DNA from: Lytechinus pictus
Taxonomy: Eukaryota
Assembly (NCBI RefSeq): GCF_037042905.1
Contig: NC_087251.1
Span: 22,384,001 to 22,448,000 of the forward strand
Length of the DNA: 64,000 bases
Reading direction: 5' to 3'
Within the stretch, counting starts at the first letter, position 1. The number at the start of each line of letters is the position of its first letter. This document shows, in pieces, positions 35,701-48,917 of the stretch. Under the pieces are notes generated by a model. It did not search any database, was not told the origin of the DNA, and was given only the letters and a program-made list of their open reading frames with translations. Made by a program: the position numbers and the translations under genes.

Positions 35701-37206
35701 GACCTGTTATAAAAGCATGATTGACCAAAGTGTGAGGATACGTGCGAATTCATATCACCCGAACGTCCATGGAAAAAAATAAACAAATTCCGAAAATGAC
35801 TCATGTAATTTATGGGCCCTATTTAATCAAAGACCACTGTTTTGTCGGAAACCACATTTTAAAATTCCCCGATTCCCCTAATTTCCAGTATTATAGTATG
35901 TTGTGTCTCGTTTACAGGTGAAAAATATATATACGGGAAGGCGGGGTAAGTTGAGCCACCACCCCAGGCCAATTATGAATGAGTCAGACATTGTGATTAT
36001 GCCATATATTGATGACCCATTGCATAACCCCTAACCCCACCACATTGTTTTCAACATTGAAACAGTAGGTAGTTTTTCAAAGGGAAAATACAAAGTTCAG
36101 CCAAAAAAGTAAGAAAGTGGGAAATAGATTTTATGTGCATTCTACCCATATGCATCTTTAAATGTGATAAGGACACAAGATGACTATATTGTTAGTCCAG
36201 GTATGGATCCTCATTCTTCTCCTATCACATATATATATATTGTTTTGAAGCTCGGACTGGTGTATAAGTTATGCCAGCAAACATGGGGCAAGTTGAGCCA
36301 TGATAATTTACATGGTAATGTATATATAAAAACACGTATGCAGGCAGAAAGAATCAAATTCACAAGTTTTACTTGTAGAGGATGTTAGTGTTTATAGAGA
36401 ACTATAGAAAGTGAAAAGACTAAACAAAATTGTCATATGGTTCTTGTCCCGTAGCTTTCGTACATAGTTTTTGTGGCTTAACGTACCCCTCGTGTGGGGG
36501 CAAGTTAAGCCATTTGACTTTTTTTTTCAAAGGTTACAGTGCCTTTCATTGTGGGGGGGGGGGGGGGTAGAAAATTTCACAAGAATTAGATTTTAAGGTT
36601 AGGTACTTATTTCTACAATATTATTTAGTCATATCAGTCCTAAAATGCATTAAAACGCAAAAAAATTGCTCATTTTACCCCGCCTTCCCTATGGTTCATA
36701 GAATTAGAAATCTTCAGCTCATCAAATATCTTAGGCTTATGCATTTATTTTTTGCGTATGAAAAATATTCAATTTGATATCATAATTTTCTTATATAACA
36801 CCTTGGCCTTTGTCCTTGGATTTCTATGCCTCGGCCTTGATGGTTTGGGCCTTGATTTCAACACTGACGTGAACAAAGAAACGAAATAATAGTCTGGTAT
36901 TAGGACAGATTGAAATATATAACAGCAAATCTAGAACGCTCAAATATGAATCATTAGTCACACGTCTCTCTGTTGTTTAACAAATCTCCTTTAAGGGGAA
37001 GTTCATCCCGATATCAAGTCCTTTTTGAATAAAACAGAAAAAATATAAAAGCACAATGATGGAGGTCCGGCGATAAGCCATCAGATAAACTATTCACAAT
37101 TTTGAAATTTCGACCCTGTGACGTCACATGCGAGCACCTACCCCATATGTCTTAAATCTAATAGATTCCCATTTTTATGGAGTAAAAACACTTTATACAA
37201 TCTCAT
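32706..37206. repeat. Right arm of the inverted duplication
   Basis: Colinear reverse complement of 21206-25838. Confidence 0.95.
34687..34717 (+). pseudogene. Orphan duplicate of gene A exon 2 (ASSLPAIKID), splice sites and phase intact
   Basis: ttttcttcttgctccaatacag|31 nt|gtaagt; I found no matching exon 1 or exon 3 on the + strand. Confidence 0.75.
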
Positions 37207-37830
37207 GTATATATTGTAAACTGTCCAGGGGGTCTAAAGTAAGTAAAAGAGTTGTAAACATTGACTTTTATATTTAACATGTTCAGTTGATAAAATGCAA
37301 ACAAATAGCATAAATATAAATGCAATTTAGCAGAATCTTAGGATTCAAAAGGAGGTGGGTCAATCAAGTACAATAAAGACATAATGTTTGAGAGTCAACG
37401 GACCCCTCTGTAATACTATTCAGTTCATTTTATTTTCATTCAGCATTGACACAAGGAAAGGAATTGGACTTGATCTATATCTTTCAGTGCGACATTTGAA
37501 TTGTGTCAGCATATTACTACTGTTATTTCGCAAATTCCATCTAGTCTCCCCTCTTTCCTTAGGGAGCCAGTGGCGGAAAGTGTCAGACTTCAAGAGGGAT
37601 TCGCCAAATTTGAGACAGGTTTCGTTGCGTCTTATCTCTAAGGTCTCGAGGTTGGTTTGCTGGAGTGCGCTTTCGTATGATTGATAAGAATATCCTAGGA
37701 TCAATTTAAGTACTCTCTTTTGGACTCTTTCAATGGCAGAAGTGTGTGATTTAGTTAGGCTAGGATGCCAAACGGGTACGCCATATTCTAGTAGCGGGCG
37801 AATGTATCCTTTGTAGATCAAGACAAGATC
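37207..37830 (-). mobile_element. 3' fragment of an L2/CR1-group LINE ORF2 plus 3' UTR
   Basis: ORF 37420-37821 YIRPLLEYGVPVWHPSLTK...IERVQKR...RNETCLKF is a typical post-RT C-terminus. Confidence 0.8.
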
Positions 37831-40484
37831 TTGGCCGAGTCACTCCTTCAGGAACTTGTCCATGCGATGCTGAGAACTTCGCTTGAACTTCCTCATAGCA
37901 ATCCATCTCGTAGGAAAAGGGGGAGGTCAGAATGGACTGGGGAAGTTTCAGAAGCCTATCAAGCAGCTCTTAAAGGATGGAGGCAGTGGAAGAAGGCAGG
38001 AAAACCCAAGAGCACTGAGATCCATGAGATGTACCTGAGATACAAGAAAGCATTCAGGAGTAAATTCCGTCAGTCAAGAGCTCAGCAGCATAGAAGGCTT
38101 CTTACTAGTATTGAGCATGCATCCAAAGCCAATACAAAGCTCTTCCATCACCTGATAAAGAAGCAGCGCCCTGAGAAGAGCAAACAACTTCAAACTGACA
38201 AGCTTCAGTATGATGGAAAGGCATTCCAAGGGGATGCGATGCTTGATGGATGGAAACAGTACTTCATGGATCTGGCTCAAGCACCCCAGGAAAACAGCGT
38301 AGATCTGCATTCCCTTGAAACTGGCCATCATGAAAACAAAGAGTATTTGTCATCTATGCTAGCCCTCGTCATCACATCAGATGAGCTGGATGAGGCTATA
38401 AGTAGTCTCCAAAAGGGGAAAGCAAGTGGGCTAGATGAAATAACAGAGCATATACAAAACCTTGGAGAAACTGCTATGAGACTACTACTCTTAATATTCA
38501 ATGTGTTCCTGACTAATGCACACACCCCACTTAGTCTTAAGAGTGGAATTGTGATTCCAATCCATAAGGGCAAAGGCAAGAGCATCCAGGACCCCAAGAA
38601 CTACAGGGGAATAACCATAACCTCTTCACTCTGCAAGCTACTGGAATTGGTATTGAAGCCTCATCTTGAGCTTTCACTTCACCTGAGTGACATCCCGGAT
38701 GAACTCCAGTTTGGTTTTCGGAAACAACACCCTTGCATCCTCACATCACCCTGCCTGGAACTGATCATTGAGCTTAACAGCAACAACAACCAGCCTACCT
38801 TTGTGGCATTATTAGACGCAGAGAAAGCTTTTTATAAAGTTTGGCATGAGGGATTATTCCAGAAATTAGATGCATCATACATCCATCCACAGTTTGTTCA
38901 CATGATCAGGTCTTTATACAATGATCTTCACAGCCAGGTCCTTTGGGATGGGTTCATTAGTGAGCCCTTCTATATAGAGCAGGGAGTTAGACAAGGGGGA
39001 GTCCTATCTCCGCTACTCGGTATTCATCGACGACCTGATGAAAGTCCTCCGGGAAAATAACTTGGGGTGCAACCTTCTGGATAGGTATTCCGGCCTCCTC
39101 GTCCTAGCAGATGACGTCGCACTGATCAGCTCATCACCGAGTGAACTACATGAGATGTTGAATGTTACCAACAGCTACGCCAAAAGTTGGAGGTACAAGA
39201 TCAACCCTAATAAAAGCTGTGTAGTACCTTCCAACAATAAGGGTAAACATGCAATTCAGCTCCCGTCATGGAATCTCGGAAGTGACACAGTAACGACATC
39301 TTCCTGTCATCCACATCTTGGCATCATAAAATCAAGTGACAAGAGAGACCCAGCAGAAAAGATCATCTCGAAAGGCATACAAACTTTCTATGCGCTTACA
39401 GGAAGCGGAGCATACACAGGAGGCCTTCTACCACAACACTGTGCATCCCTGTGGAAGGTCTATTGCATCCCTCGTATGCTCTATGAAGCAGCAGTATTAC
39501 ACCTCACGAAAGGGATGGAGAAAAGACTTGATCAGGCACAACATCAGCTGTTCAAGCAAATCCTTGGTCTGCCTAGAACAGCAGCAGATGAGGTTGTCTT
39601 TCTTCTCACTAGGCTCCTTCCTCTTCGTTCTCAAGTTGACCTTGAGAAGCTCCTCCTGATTGGACAAGCACTGGATCTCCCCCACACCAGATTTGAGTAT
39701 AGGACTCTTCTGCATGCTGTAGCCAAGACTACCCCCACTATCAAGTCCTGGCAGCTCATCTTGGACAAGTATAATCTCCCTGACCTTCACTCTCTTCTGC
39801 TCAAACCATCTCCTACATCACTTGGAAGAAGATCTCAAATAGGGCAGTTACAAACAAGATTTAAGATGAGGTACTGGCTGCTATTCAATCAAAATCTACT
39901 CTTTCGCTGTGGAGGAACATAGATATACCAGCGTCAAACGCACTATACCCCAGCTCCAGTAGCTCCCAGTTTCTTAGACGAGCTGTTGTCATCAGGTCAC
40001 ATCTAGTGAGTCAGACCTATCCAACTCAGTGCAGGCTAGTTTTGATAAAGAAGGCTACTTCTCCAACGTGTCGCCTATGTCATCAAGGTGATGAAGACAC
40101 CATCCACTTCATAGCTAGCTGTCATGTGTTTGACACTCAGCGTGATGAACTCCAAGTGGAAGTGAGAAAATTAGGCCTTCCTGCATCAATCTGCTCCTTA
40201 TTTTGCCAAGACTGCTGTGGAGACTATGCTAAGTCCATTCTATCACCTGTCCATCCAAAACTATCTTCTTCCATGCAAGACAAGCTGACTTCTAAACTCT
40301 TACTCTTCCTGCACAAAATCCACATCTTTCGTACCTCCTTTCTCTCTTGAATGTGTAAATGCAGTATATCACCGATGCCTATTCTACTCTGAGGAAGTGC
40401 TTTGTGCTCTTTGATTATTTATGCAACAATACAGCAACCAGCTGTAGATCTCCGGGATCAGCGGAGGAAGAAGAAGAAGAAGAA
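37831..40484 (+). mobile_element. 5'-truncated, frameshifted non-LTR retrotransposon (RTEX/Proto2-like RT with CCHC finger)
   Basis: RT motifs NYRGITITS, QFGFR, LDAEKAF, GVRQGGVLSP, LADD; C-terminal CRLC-x8-H-x4-C; (GAA)n tail ~40466-40484; frameshifts near 39018 and 39815 and an internal stop; no endonuclease domain. Confidence 0.9.
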
Positions 40485-40578
40485 GTTGACTTCTTTATAA
40501 ATGCACATTGCATAACTGATGCAGTCATGGTCGGTTGCCATATTTTCAATAAAATAAAATGCAATCTTACCTTACTTT

Positions 40579-41875
40579 TGGCCTGGATGAAAGGAAAGTG
40601 AACATGTGTCCAATTACTGATTTGCATATGTGCATTCCCTACATTCCATGCAAAGAGTAAAGGAGAAGTCCACCCCACCAAAAAATTAACTTCAATTTAA
40701 GGAAAAATAAAGTATTGCAGAAAATTTCATAAGAACTATGATTCAAAATTTAAAAAATTACTATTTTGACATTGAGAAATTTGCCTAATTTTACAAAACA
40801 ATTATATGCTCATCTTGGTCAATGTGCAAATTACAGAACCGATTATGTGACAAACACACTCTAATTTCTTGTGTTATTTTTTTGTTTGATACATGTACAT
40901 GACATGTATATTTTATTTTAATTTTCTCATTTTCTTCAACAAATTTTGAGAGGGATTTTAATTCCTCCATTAACATTCGTAGTTTCCATGAATGTAACAT
41001 ATTGTGATTCGATAAAGAGTTTTTATATCAAATTTGCTGAAATTGATATAATAAAATGCAACCAAAATTTAGAAAGTAATGTGATGTGAGTGACATAATC
41101 ATGCAACTCTATTTGCATACCATTGTTTTGTGTATATAACTGTTTTGTGTTAAAAAAAGGGAAATTTGTCTATTAATTCAAGGATTTTTTGTTGATGTGC
41201 ACTTGACCTTTATCTCACTTCCCTTCCCACCCCTGCCCAAATAAGTGTAATCAAGAACTTGAAAATGAAAAGTGATTAAAAAGAAGTAAGATTTAATCAT
41301 AGTTATTAATAGCTCCATGATTTAATAATACAGGCCTAAATAGAAATTCACCTGAAAGTAAAAAGAGAATAAAGCTGGGTAGGAACGGGGAAAGAATATG
41401 ATTTAAAGAAAAAGCAAAAATATATCCACACCACCCCCTGAAAAAAAAATCGTTCCGGCGGGTTCGATCCAGGTCCCTGCACACGACAAAACATTGTGCT
41501 TACGTAAGTCGCCACAGATAGCTTTCATACCGCGGGAGGGGTTTTTAATGATATATCAAATGTTGTAAGTCTGTGCGCCGCTGTTGACCAATCAAAACGC
41601 GGCGTTCGGAGCGAGACGACCCACGTGACGCGTCTGTCGTCTGTCATGGTCGAATGTCGGGCTACAACACGCAGGTCTACGGGGATTTTCGGTGGAAGAA
41701 TCGGACGACGATTCCTTCGTGCGAGGTCGTGATGAGCTGCGACGGCGGCAAGTCCGTGAAGAGTGGCAGGCCCGACACGCGGTGCGATTTTTGGAGCCCG
41801 GGCGTGGCGGATCCCGGGAGGAGATACGGTTCAACCGATCACCCCCCTCCGGGCTTAGTGTATTCATGTAATAGA
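40579..41875. repeat. Copy 1 of a tandem segmental duplication (Kolobok-like MITE 40661-41209 plus GC-rich cassette)
   Basis: Matches 43277-43775 joined to 46190-46524. Confidence 0.9.
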
Positions 41876-42686
41876 CTAGCAGAGCCCGTGGAAATTCCAC
41901 GGTTTTTGGGGGTGTGATTAAGTTAAATAGAATTTGTTGTAGACAGGTGACAGGTTTATTCAAGATAGGGAAAGAAATAAACATTTGAATTGTTAAAGAG
42001 AAGGTTGTGGTTTGAAAGGAATGTGAAAGTTAGGTTTTATTTGAAGTCGTAATTTGTTTTGAAAAATATATGATTGATTAACGGTAATAGTAAGAAAGTA
42101 AAAAGTGATAAAGAGTATAGGATTATGGTTAATAAAAGAGATACAGATAAGAGAATTAAAATGCTATTGAAGTTGGACGAATATGATATTTAGTTAAAGT
42201 AGCGTTTAAAAATATTGCCCCTCATTTTAACTATAAAAAGGGAAGTTTAAAAAGTATTTGGTTTTGGAGGATTTACATAACCCTTTTATTTACTTGTTCA
42301 ACGTATTTCATTGCATTAGCTGATATTCATTTTATCGCCCCCGCTTTTTATTTTTTTTAGTTTTATTTTTTTACTTCTTTTTATTTCTATTGGTCCCAAA
42401 AAGTAAAGAAGGAAGAAAACATTAAAAAATGACGCAAGTTTATTATTTTATTTATTATTATTTTTTTTGTCCCCTTTATCACTAAAAAAAAAAGGATTAA
42501 AGAAAGAAAATGATAAGGAAGTATAAAGGAAAGGAAGGACGAAAGAAAAGAAAGAAGAAGTGAAAGGTAAAGAAACGATAAATAAAAGGGAAAAGAGAAA
42601 GAACAAAGTGAAAGGAGTCAAAGGGAAAACAATGTAAAATAAAAAGAAAAAAAAAAGTATGAAAGCAATGGGGGAAAAACAAAGAA

Positions 42687-42839
42687 GCCGTAGTTGCGAT
42701 ATGGACTGAAGTTAGCGATCATAATGATGTGAACCTGTCGCGTGGACACACAGGCGGCGCGGCGCAAACTGCCCCATCCTTCGCGAGACAGGTTCACATT
42801 ATTATGATCGCTAACTTTAGTCCATATCGCAACTACAGC
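42687..42839. mobile_element. Hairpin MITE with ~55-bp TIRs
   Basis: gtagttgcgatatggact...gaacctgtc / gacaggttc...agtccatatcgcaactac; gaa on both flanks. Confidence 0.7.
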
Positions 42840-43775
42840 GAAGGCGAAGTCCAACTGATAATTCAAACGAAGGCGTCGAGATCGGCTGAAATTCAGGTTA
42901 TTGATTGATTAGACATTTGGGAATATAAATTATTATATTGTGCCAAAATTAATTGGCGAAAATCGCCCGGTGCGAAAGTGCATTTCAGTTGTGACAGAAT
43001 GCCAAAATCTCATTTCACGTTCACTTTAGATTCTACACATGATTCAAATCAAAGATCTCGCCATGTTTTATATATTTGTCCTTTTAAACGGTATTCGAAT
43101 GTGGTTACGCCTTGTTTTTGTTTTCCACAGTAATTATTGCATGTATGAACAGAAGTGAAATATTTGTTGTGAAGCACTGTGTGAATGTTGTGTGATCATG
43201 GAGCTATGGTGTGATGGTATTCTAATTAATTCATCATTTTTGTTATAAGACTGTAAACCTGGTGGATGTGAGGGAGTGGCCTGGATGAAAGGAAAGTGAA
43301 CATGTGTCCAATTACTGATTTGCATATGTGCATTCCCTACATTCCATGCAAAGAGTAAAGGAGAAGTCCACCCCACCAAAAAATTAATTTGAATTTAAGG
43401 AAAATAAAGTATTGCAGAAAATTTCATAAAAACTATGATTCAAAATTAAAAAAATTACTATTTTGACATTGAGAAATTTGCCTAATTTTACAAAACAATT
43501 ATATGCTCATCTTGGTCAATGTGCAAATTACAGAACCTATTATGTCACACACACACTCTAATTTCTTGTGTATTTTTTTTTCACCTGAAAGTAAAAAGAG
43601 AATAAAGCTGGGTAGGAACGGGGAAGGAATATGATTTAAAGAAAAAGCAAAAATATATCCACACCACCCCCTGAAAAATAAAATTCGTTCCGGCGGGTTC
43701 GATCCAAGGTCCATGCACACGTCAAAACATTGTGCTTACGTAAGTCGCCACAGATCGCTTTCATACCGCCGGATG

Positions 43776-44645
43776 GCGCGTTTCCGTTTTACACCCTGGC
43801 GAAGGCATTTTCCGCAAAAATAGCCACAAAGCGACTAGTGAAGAGTCTACTCACGTCGCTGGTTGCAGCGTGCGACACAGGCGAGCCCCACACCACCGCA
43901 TGCAATCTGCACAGTTACTGATCATATCAGAGCATAGAGTTCCTCGGCACTTCATGTTCAGAGAGCAGTCATATGGGGTCATATGAGTGAAATCCGAACA
44001 TGCTTTTGCAGTTACGTTTTTTTAATGAAAAGTTATGAAAAAGTTTTTTTTCTAAATATAAATTATTAACTAAATGAATAGAATGACAGACAAAATATAA
44101 ATAAAAATAAACAGATACATATAATAGAAAGAAAATTGAAGTTTGATGGATTGATACACTTAGATGCCGAAAGATAGATATAGAAGACTGATAAATAGAT
44201 ATAGACATAGATAGATAGAAGTAGAGAGAGAGAGAGAAAGACAGAGAGATGGATAGATAGATAGATAGATAGATGGGGGGGGGAGAGAACTTGAGAGATG
44301 GAGAGATGTTATAGATAGATAGATAGATAGATATATGGACGGATAAAAATAAATAGAGAGAGAGAGAAAAAAAGACAGACAGATGGATAGATAGAGAGAG
44401 AAAGAGAGAGAGAGAGAGAGAATCTGAGAGATAGATAGATGTTAGATAGATATAGATAAAGAATGAGAGAGACAGAGAAGATAGACAAATTAACAGATAA
44501 ATAGATACTGTAGTTACATAGATAGATAGAAGATAGATAGATGGGGGGGGGGGAACTTGAGAGAGGGAGAGATGTTATAGATAGATAGATAGATATATAT
44601 GGACGGAAAAAGAGAAATAGAGAAAGAGAGAAAACAAGACAGATG

Positions 44646-44679
<34 letters not shown>

Positions 44680-46180
44680 GGGAGAGAGATAGAGAGAGAT
44701 AGATAGATAAAGAATGAGAGAGACAGAGAAGATTAACAGATAGATAGATCATGTAGATACTGTAGTTACATAGATAGATAGAGATAGAATTTGAGAGATA
44801 GATAAATAAATAGATAGAAGATTGATAGAGAGAGAGAGAACTAGAGAAATACAGATGGATAGATAGAGAGGGAGAGAGAGAGACAGAGAAGATTAATAGA
44901 TAGATACTGTAGTCACATATAGATAGATAGATAGATAGATATATAATTTGAGAGATAGATGCATAGACGGATAGAGAGAAAAAGACAGACAGATGGATAG
45001 ATAGATAGAGAGAGAGAATTTGAGAGACAGACAGACAGATAGATAGAGAGAATTCGAGAGATAGATAGACGGATAGAGAGAAACAGAGAGAGAGAAAAAG
45101 ACAGACAGATGGATAGATAGAGAGAATTTGAGATATATATATATATATATTGGATTTTATTGCAATAAAAACTATCAAAATACAATCACAAGCAGTCAAA
45201 GACTGAAATAAGTGAATGTTTACATACAAATAGAATCATAATTAAATATAAAGTAAACATTATAAATACATATCAAATACAATACAAATTCATACAGATA
45301 AAAAGAAATGTATCATAAATAAATACAAAAGGCCAAAAGTAAAGTGTCACCAAAGAAGAAAAAAGCGGAATGAAAGATTAAGAAGAAAGAGGTGAGAGAA
45401 GGGAAAGAAATTGGGATAAGACAAAGAGAAGGGAAAGCAAGAGGTGGAATTTGAAAGAGAATAGGAGGCAACCTTCAGAAGAAAAAAAAACTCATTATGC
45501 AATACAAGACATTTAACAATGGTAACAAGTAAATAAAGTAGTAATTAAATCGAATTGAGCACAAAAAAGGGAATAGTAGAGCTGAGGAAATAGACTCCCG
45601 AAGGAAGTCGAAGCAGTGTTGATATTGCACATGAGTAGATTAACATATGGATAGAGAGAAATAAAAGAGAGACAGATGGATAGATAGAGAATTTGAGAGA
45701 TAGATTTTAGATGGATAGATAGATAGAGAATGAGAGAGACAGAGTAGATAGACAAATTAACAGATAGATATATCATGTAGTACCATAGATTGATTTATAA
45801 CATAGATAGTGGATAGACAGATATGATAGATATAAGGATAGATATAATATGAAAAAAAGTAATTATGTGTTTTATTTTTCAATATTTTAGCTATTATTCG
45901 TTTTCATTCATATAAACGATCATGTGCGATAAAGTAAAAAAAAATCATGAAGCCAACGTATATAGTTCAGCGGAACAACCAAAATACAGAGACTGAAGCT
46001 TTTGGTCTATAAGCTCAGCTGCATTTGCACGTATGTTCTGCGGATATCTTCGGTGCGGACTTTTGGATCGCGCTCAGCTGATTATGTAGACAAAGTAACG
46101 TAGACGTAGACTCTTCACTAGTCGCTTTGTGGCTATTTTTCCGGAAAATGCCTTCGCCAGGGTGTAAAACGGAAACGCAC
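43776..46180. mobile_element. Non-autonomous Mutator-like element (MULE) with (GATA)n/(GA)n interior
   Basis: ~75-bp TIRs starting with G; 9-bp TSD cgccggatg at 43767-43775 and 46181-46189; empty site at ~41531-41539. Confidence 0.85.
44150..45845. repeat. Compound (GATA)n/(GA)n simple-repeat tract
   Basis: Directly visible; interrupted by a non-repetitive block at ~45150-45635. Confidence 0.9.
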
Positions 46181-48025
46181 CGCCGGATGGGTTTTTAATG
46201 CTATATGAAATGTTGTAAGTCTGTGCGCCGCTGTTGACCAATCAGAACGCGGCGTTCGGAGCGAGACGACCCACGTGACGCGTCTGTCGTCTGTCATGGT
46301 CGAATGTCGGGCTACAACACGCAAGTCTACGGGGATTTTCGGTGGAAGAATCGGACGATGACTTGGGCGTGCGAGGTCGTGATGGGCTGCGAGTGCGGCG
46401 AGTCCGTGAAGAGTGGCAGGCCCGACACGCGGTGCGATTTTTGGAGCCCGGGCGTGGCGGATCCCGGGAGGAGATACGGTTCAATCGATCACCCCCCTTC
46501 GGGCTTAGAGTATTCATGTAATAGATGCTCAAAGTTATAGCCTAAAGTCCTTGGATCGTGAGCCATGTTGAAACCATACAACTATCACACAATAAAAACG
46601 CTGTTATAATTTTTTAACAACGTATTTTACTATATTATGAACCTTATAGCAGTTGTTTAAACAAGTGCGTACAATTTCCAAACAATAAAGTTCAATGTTC
46701 AATATATTTTTCCAAAAAAAATCAAACATGGTTGTTTAAACTGTTAAACAATAAGTTTCACAGAGTAAAAAAGCGTTGTACAAAACTTAAAACAGCGTCT
46801 TTACCGCGTGTAAATGCCTCCTTATAACCATACTCAACCTGATGCAGCGGATATAAGCTTTGATACAAAGCCAAAATGGGAAATTTGACACAGCCAAATT
46901 CAGAGTTAAATAAAAGATTAAACGCGTCTGTGTGTTTAAGAGTAGAAACGCTGTTTAAACTTTTATACAACGATGCTTACCATATAAAACATTACCGTAG
47001 TTATTTAACAGTGTGAGTTTAAAGAACTACGCTTAATTTATTGAGAATGAAATATCAAAACTTAAAATTTGTTGTTTAAGATATCAACACTTGTTTAAGC
47101 TGTTGAAACAGTTACTGTAAGATTCATGTAGTAAAAGGCGTTGTATACATTTTTAAAGAGGATTCGCTGAGTTGAATGCAAAGTAGGGCAAATTTAGCAA
47201 TTTTAACAGCATTTATATATGAATCTACGCAATAACAGAAGTAGGGCCTATAACAAATTTGATAATCACAAAAATGTTGTTTCTGTCTTGAAAGATGGGG
47301 GATGACTGTACAGCCCCACCCCTCCGAAAAGTGCGGGGGATAAATCCAAACACCCGGGATTTATTTCGGTGATCAGGGGCGTCCTTATTGGTTGTGGGAG
47401 AGGTTGATGGGTCGGTCCTAATGTACAATCACATGCCCCTGCATGTCCCTTCTATATTCACGCACATTCGCAAAAGTGGTTGCTTTTACAATCAAGGAAT
47501 ATAAAAGGCTCCATGTACAATCATGGAATAATCATGTGTAATGTAATCTCAAATCGACGATGTCAAGCTATTAGGCACTTTAAGAGTAATCCTACAAGAG
47601 AAAATTATCGTGATACACATTTCCTTCTAAAACTCACCATATATGTATTTTGTTCACCCCTCTTCCTATTTTAAGCCCGAGCATCTTTATTACTTACGAA
47701 GTATTGGGCATTGGTGTATCAATAATATTTTCATATTAAAATGCAATTGTTTAGACACTGAAAACTCCAGATATTAAGGATATTTGATTTCAAGTGATTA
47801 TAGATTAAAGAGTGGTGCCCAACCAAAATATCCTCTCCGAAGAATGTGTCAAGGATGGGTGGGTGATTAAAAAGAGCGGTGGAGACATCGGAATATGTTA
47901 ACTCCTATAGTTTTCGTTGTCCGATCATCCTTCCGGTGCTGCTTGAGAGCCATGGCACGTCCCTGGAAAGCAGATGTGCTGGGATCCTTTTTTTGCTTTT
48001 CAAATTTACCTCAGCACCCCAGTAA

Positions 48026-48917
48026 AACAAGTGGAACGCCTCTGGCAGTTTCGCCTGCATTACGCGATTTGAGCAGTGCTGACTTTGAAAACAGCTATTA
48101 AATAATTATTCATAAAAGAAAATACTCTTATGACAATAAAATACTATTTCCATTTACCCAACATGACATTTGACCATGACCATGTGACCTCAGACATGTG
48201 CAAAACAACTCGATTAAGCTTATGTCTATGTTTCATGAACTACATGTATAGATCCATAAACTTTCTAAGTTATGATGCCAATTCAACAAATACACCCAGC
48301 ATTATCAAAGTTCGTTGACTCTAAATGACCTTTGATCTTGGTCATGTGACCTTTGATCTTGGTCATGTGACCTGAAAATTGCACAGGATGTTCAGAGATA
48401 CATAATTGCTCTTATGTCTAAGTTTCTTTAACTAGATCCATAAAATTTCAAAGTTATGATGACGATTCCACAAATACCCCAACATGGTCAAAGTTTGTTG
48501 ACCCTAAGTGACCTTTGACCTTGGTCAAGCGACCTGAAACTTAGGCAGGATCTTCAATGATACACTAATACCCTTATGTTTAAGTTTCGTGAACTAGGTC
48601 CGTATACTTTTGAAGTTATGATGACATTTCAAAAACTTAACCTTGGTTAAGATTTCGATATTGATTCCTCCAACATGGTCTAAGTTCATTGACCCTAAAT
48701 GACCTTTGACCTTGATTATGTGACCTGAAACTCAGACAGGATGTTCAGTAATACTTGATTACTCTTATGTCCAAGTTTCATGAACTAGGTCCAAACACTT
48801 ATGATGACATTTCAAAAACTTAACCCTGGTTAAGATTTCAATATTGACGACGCCGCCGCCGCCGCCGTCGGAAAAGCGACGCCTATAGTCTCGCTCTGCT
48901 ATATGCAGGCGAGACAA
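48026..48917. mobile_element. Helentron-associated (HINE/DINE-1/Tsp-like) element with internal ~180-bp tandem repeats
   Basis: AACAAG start; subterminal IR tcgcctgcat / atgcaggcga; (GCC)n next to a short terminal hairpin; A-run insertion site; repeated gacctttgaccttggtcatgtgacctgaaa units. Confidence 0.75.

Larger units (their letters stand above)
43277..46524. repeat. Copy 2 of the duplication, with a ~470-bp deletion and a MULE insertion
   Basis: Lacks the equivalent of ~40880-41348; interrupted at 43776-46180. Confidence 0.85.

Noticed and set aside
44309..45229. 306-aa hydrophobic ORF
   Set aside because: Translation of (TATC)n/(TC)n simple repeats.
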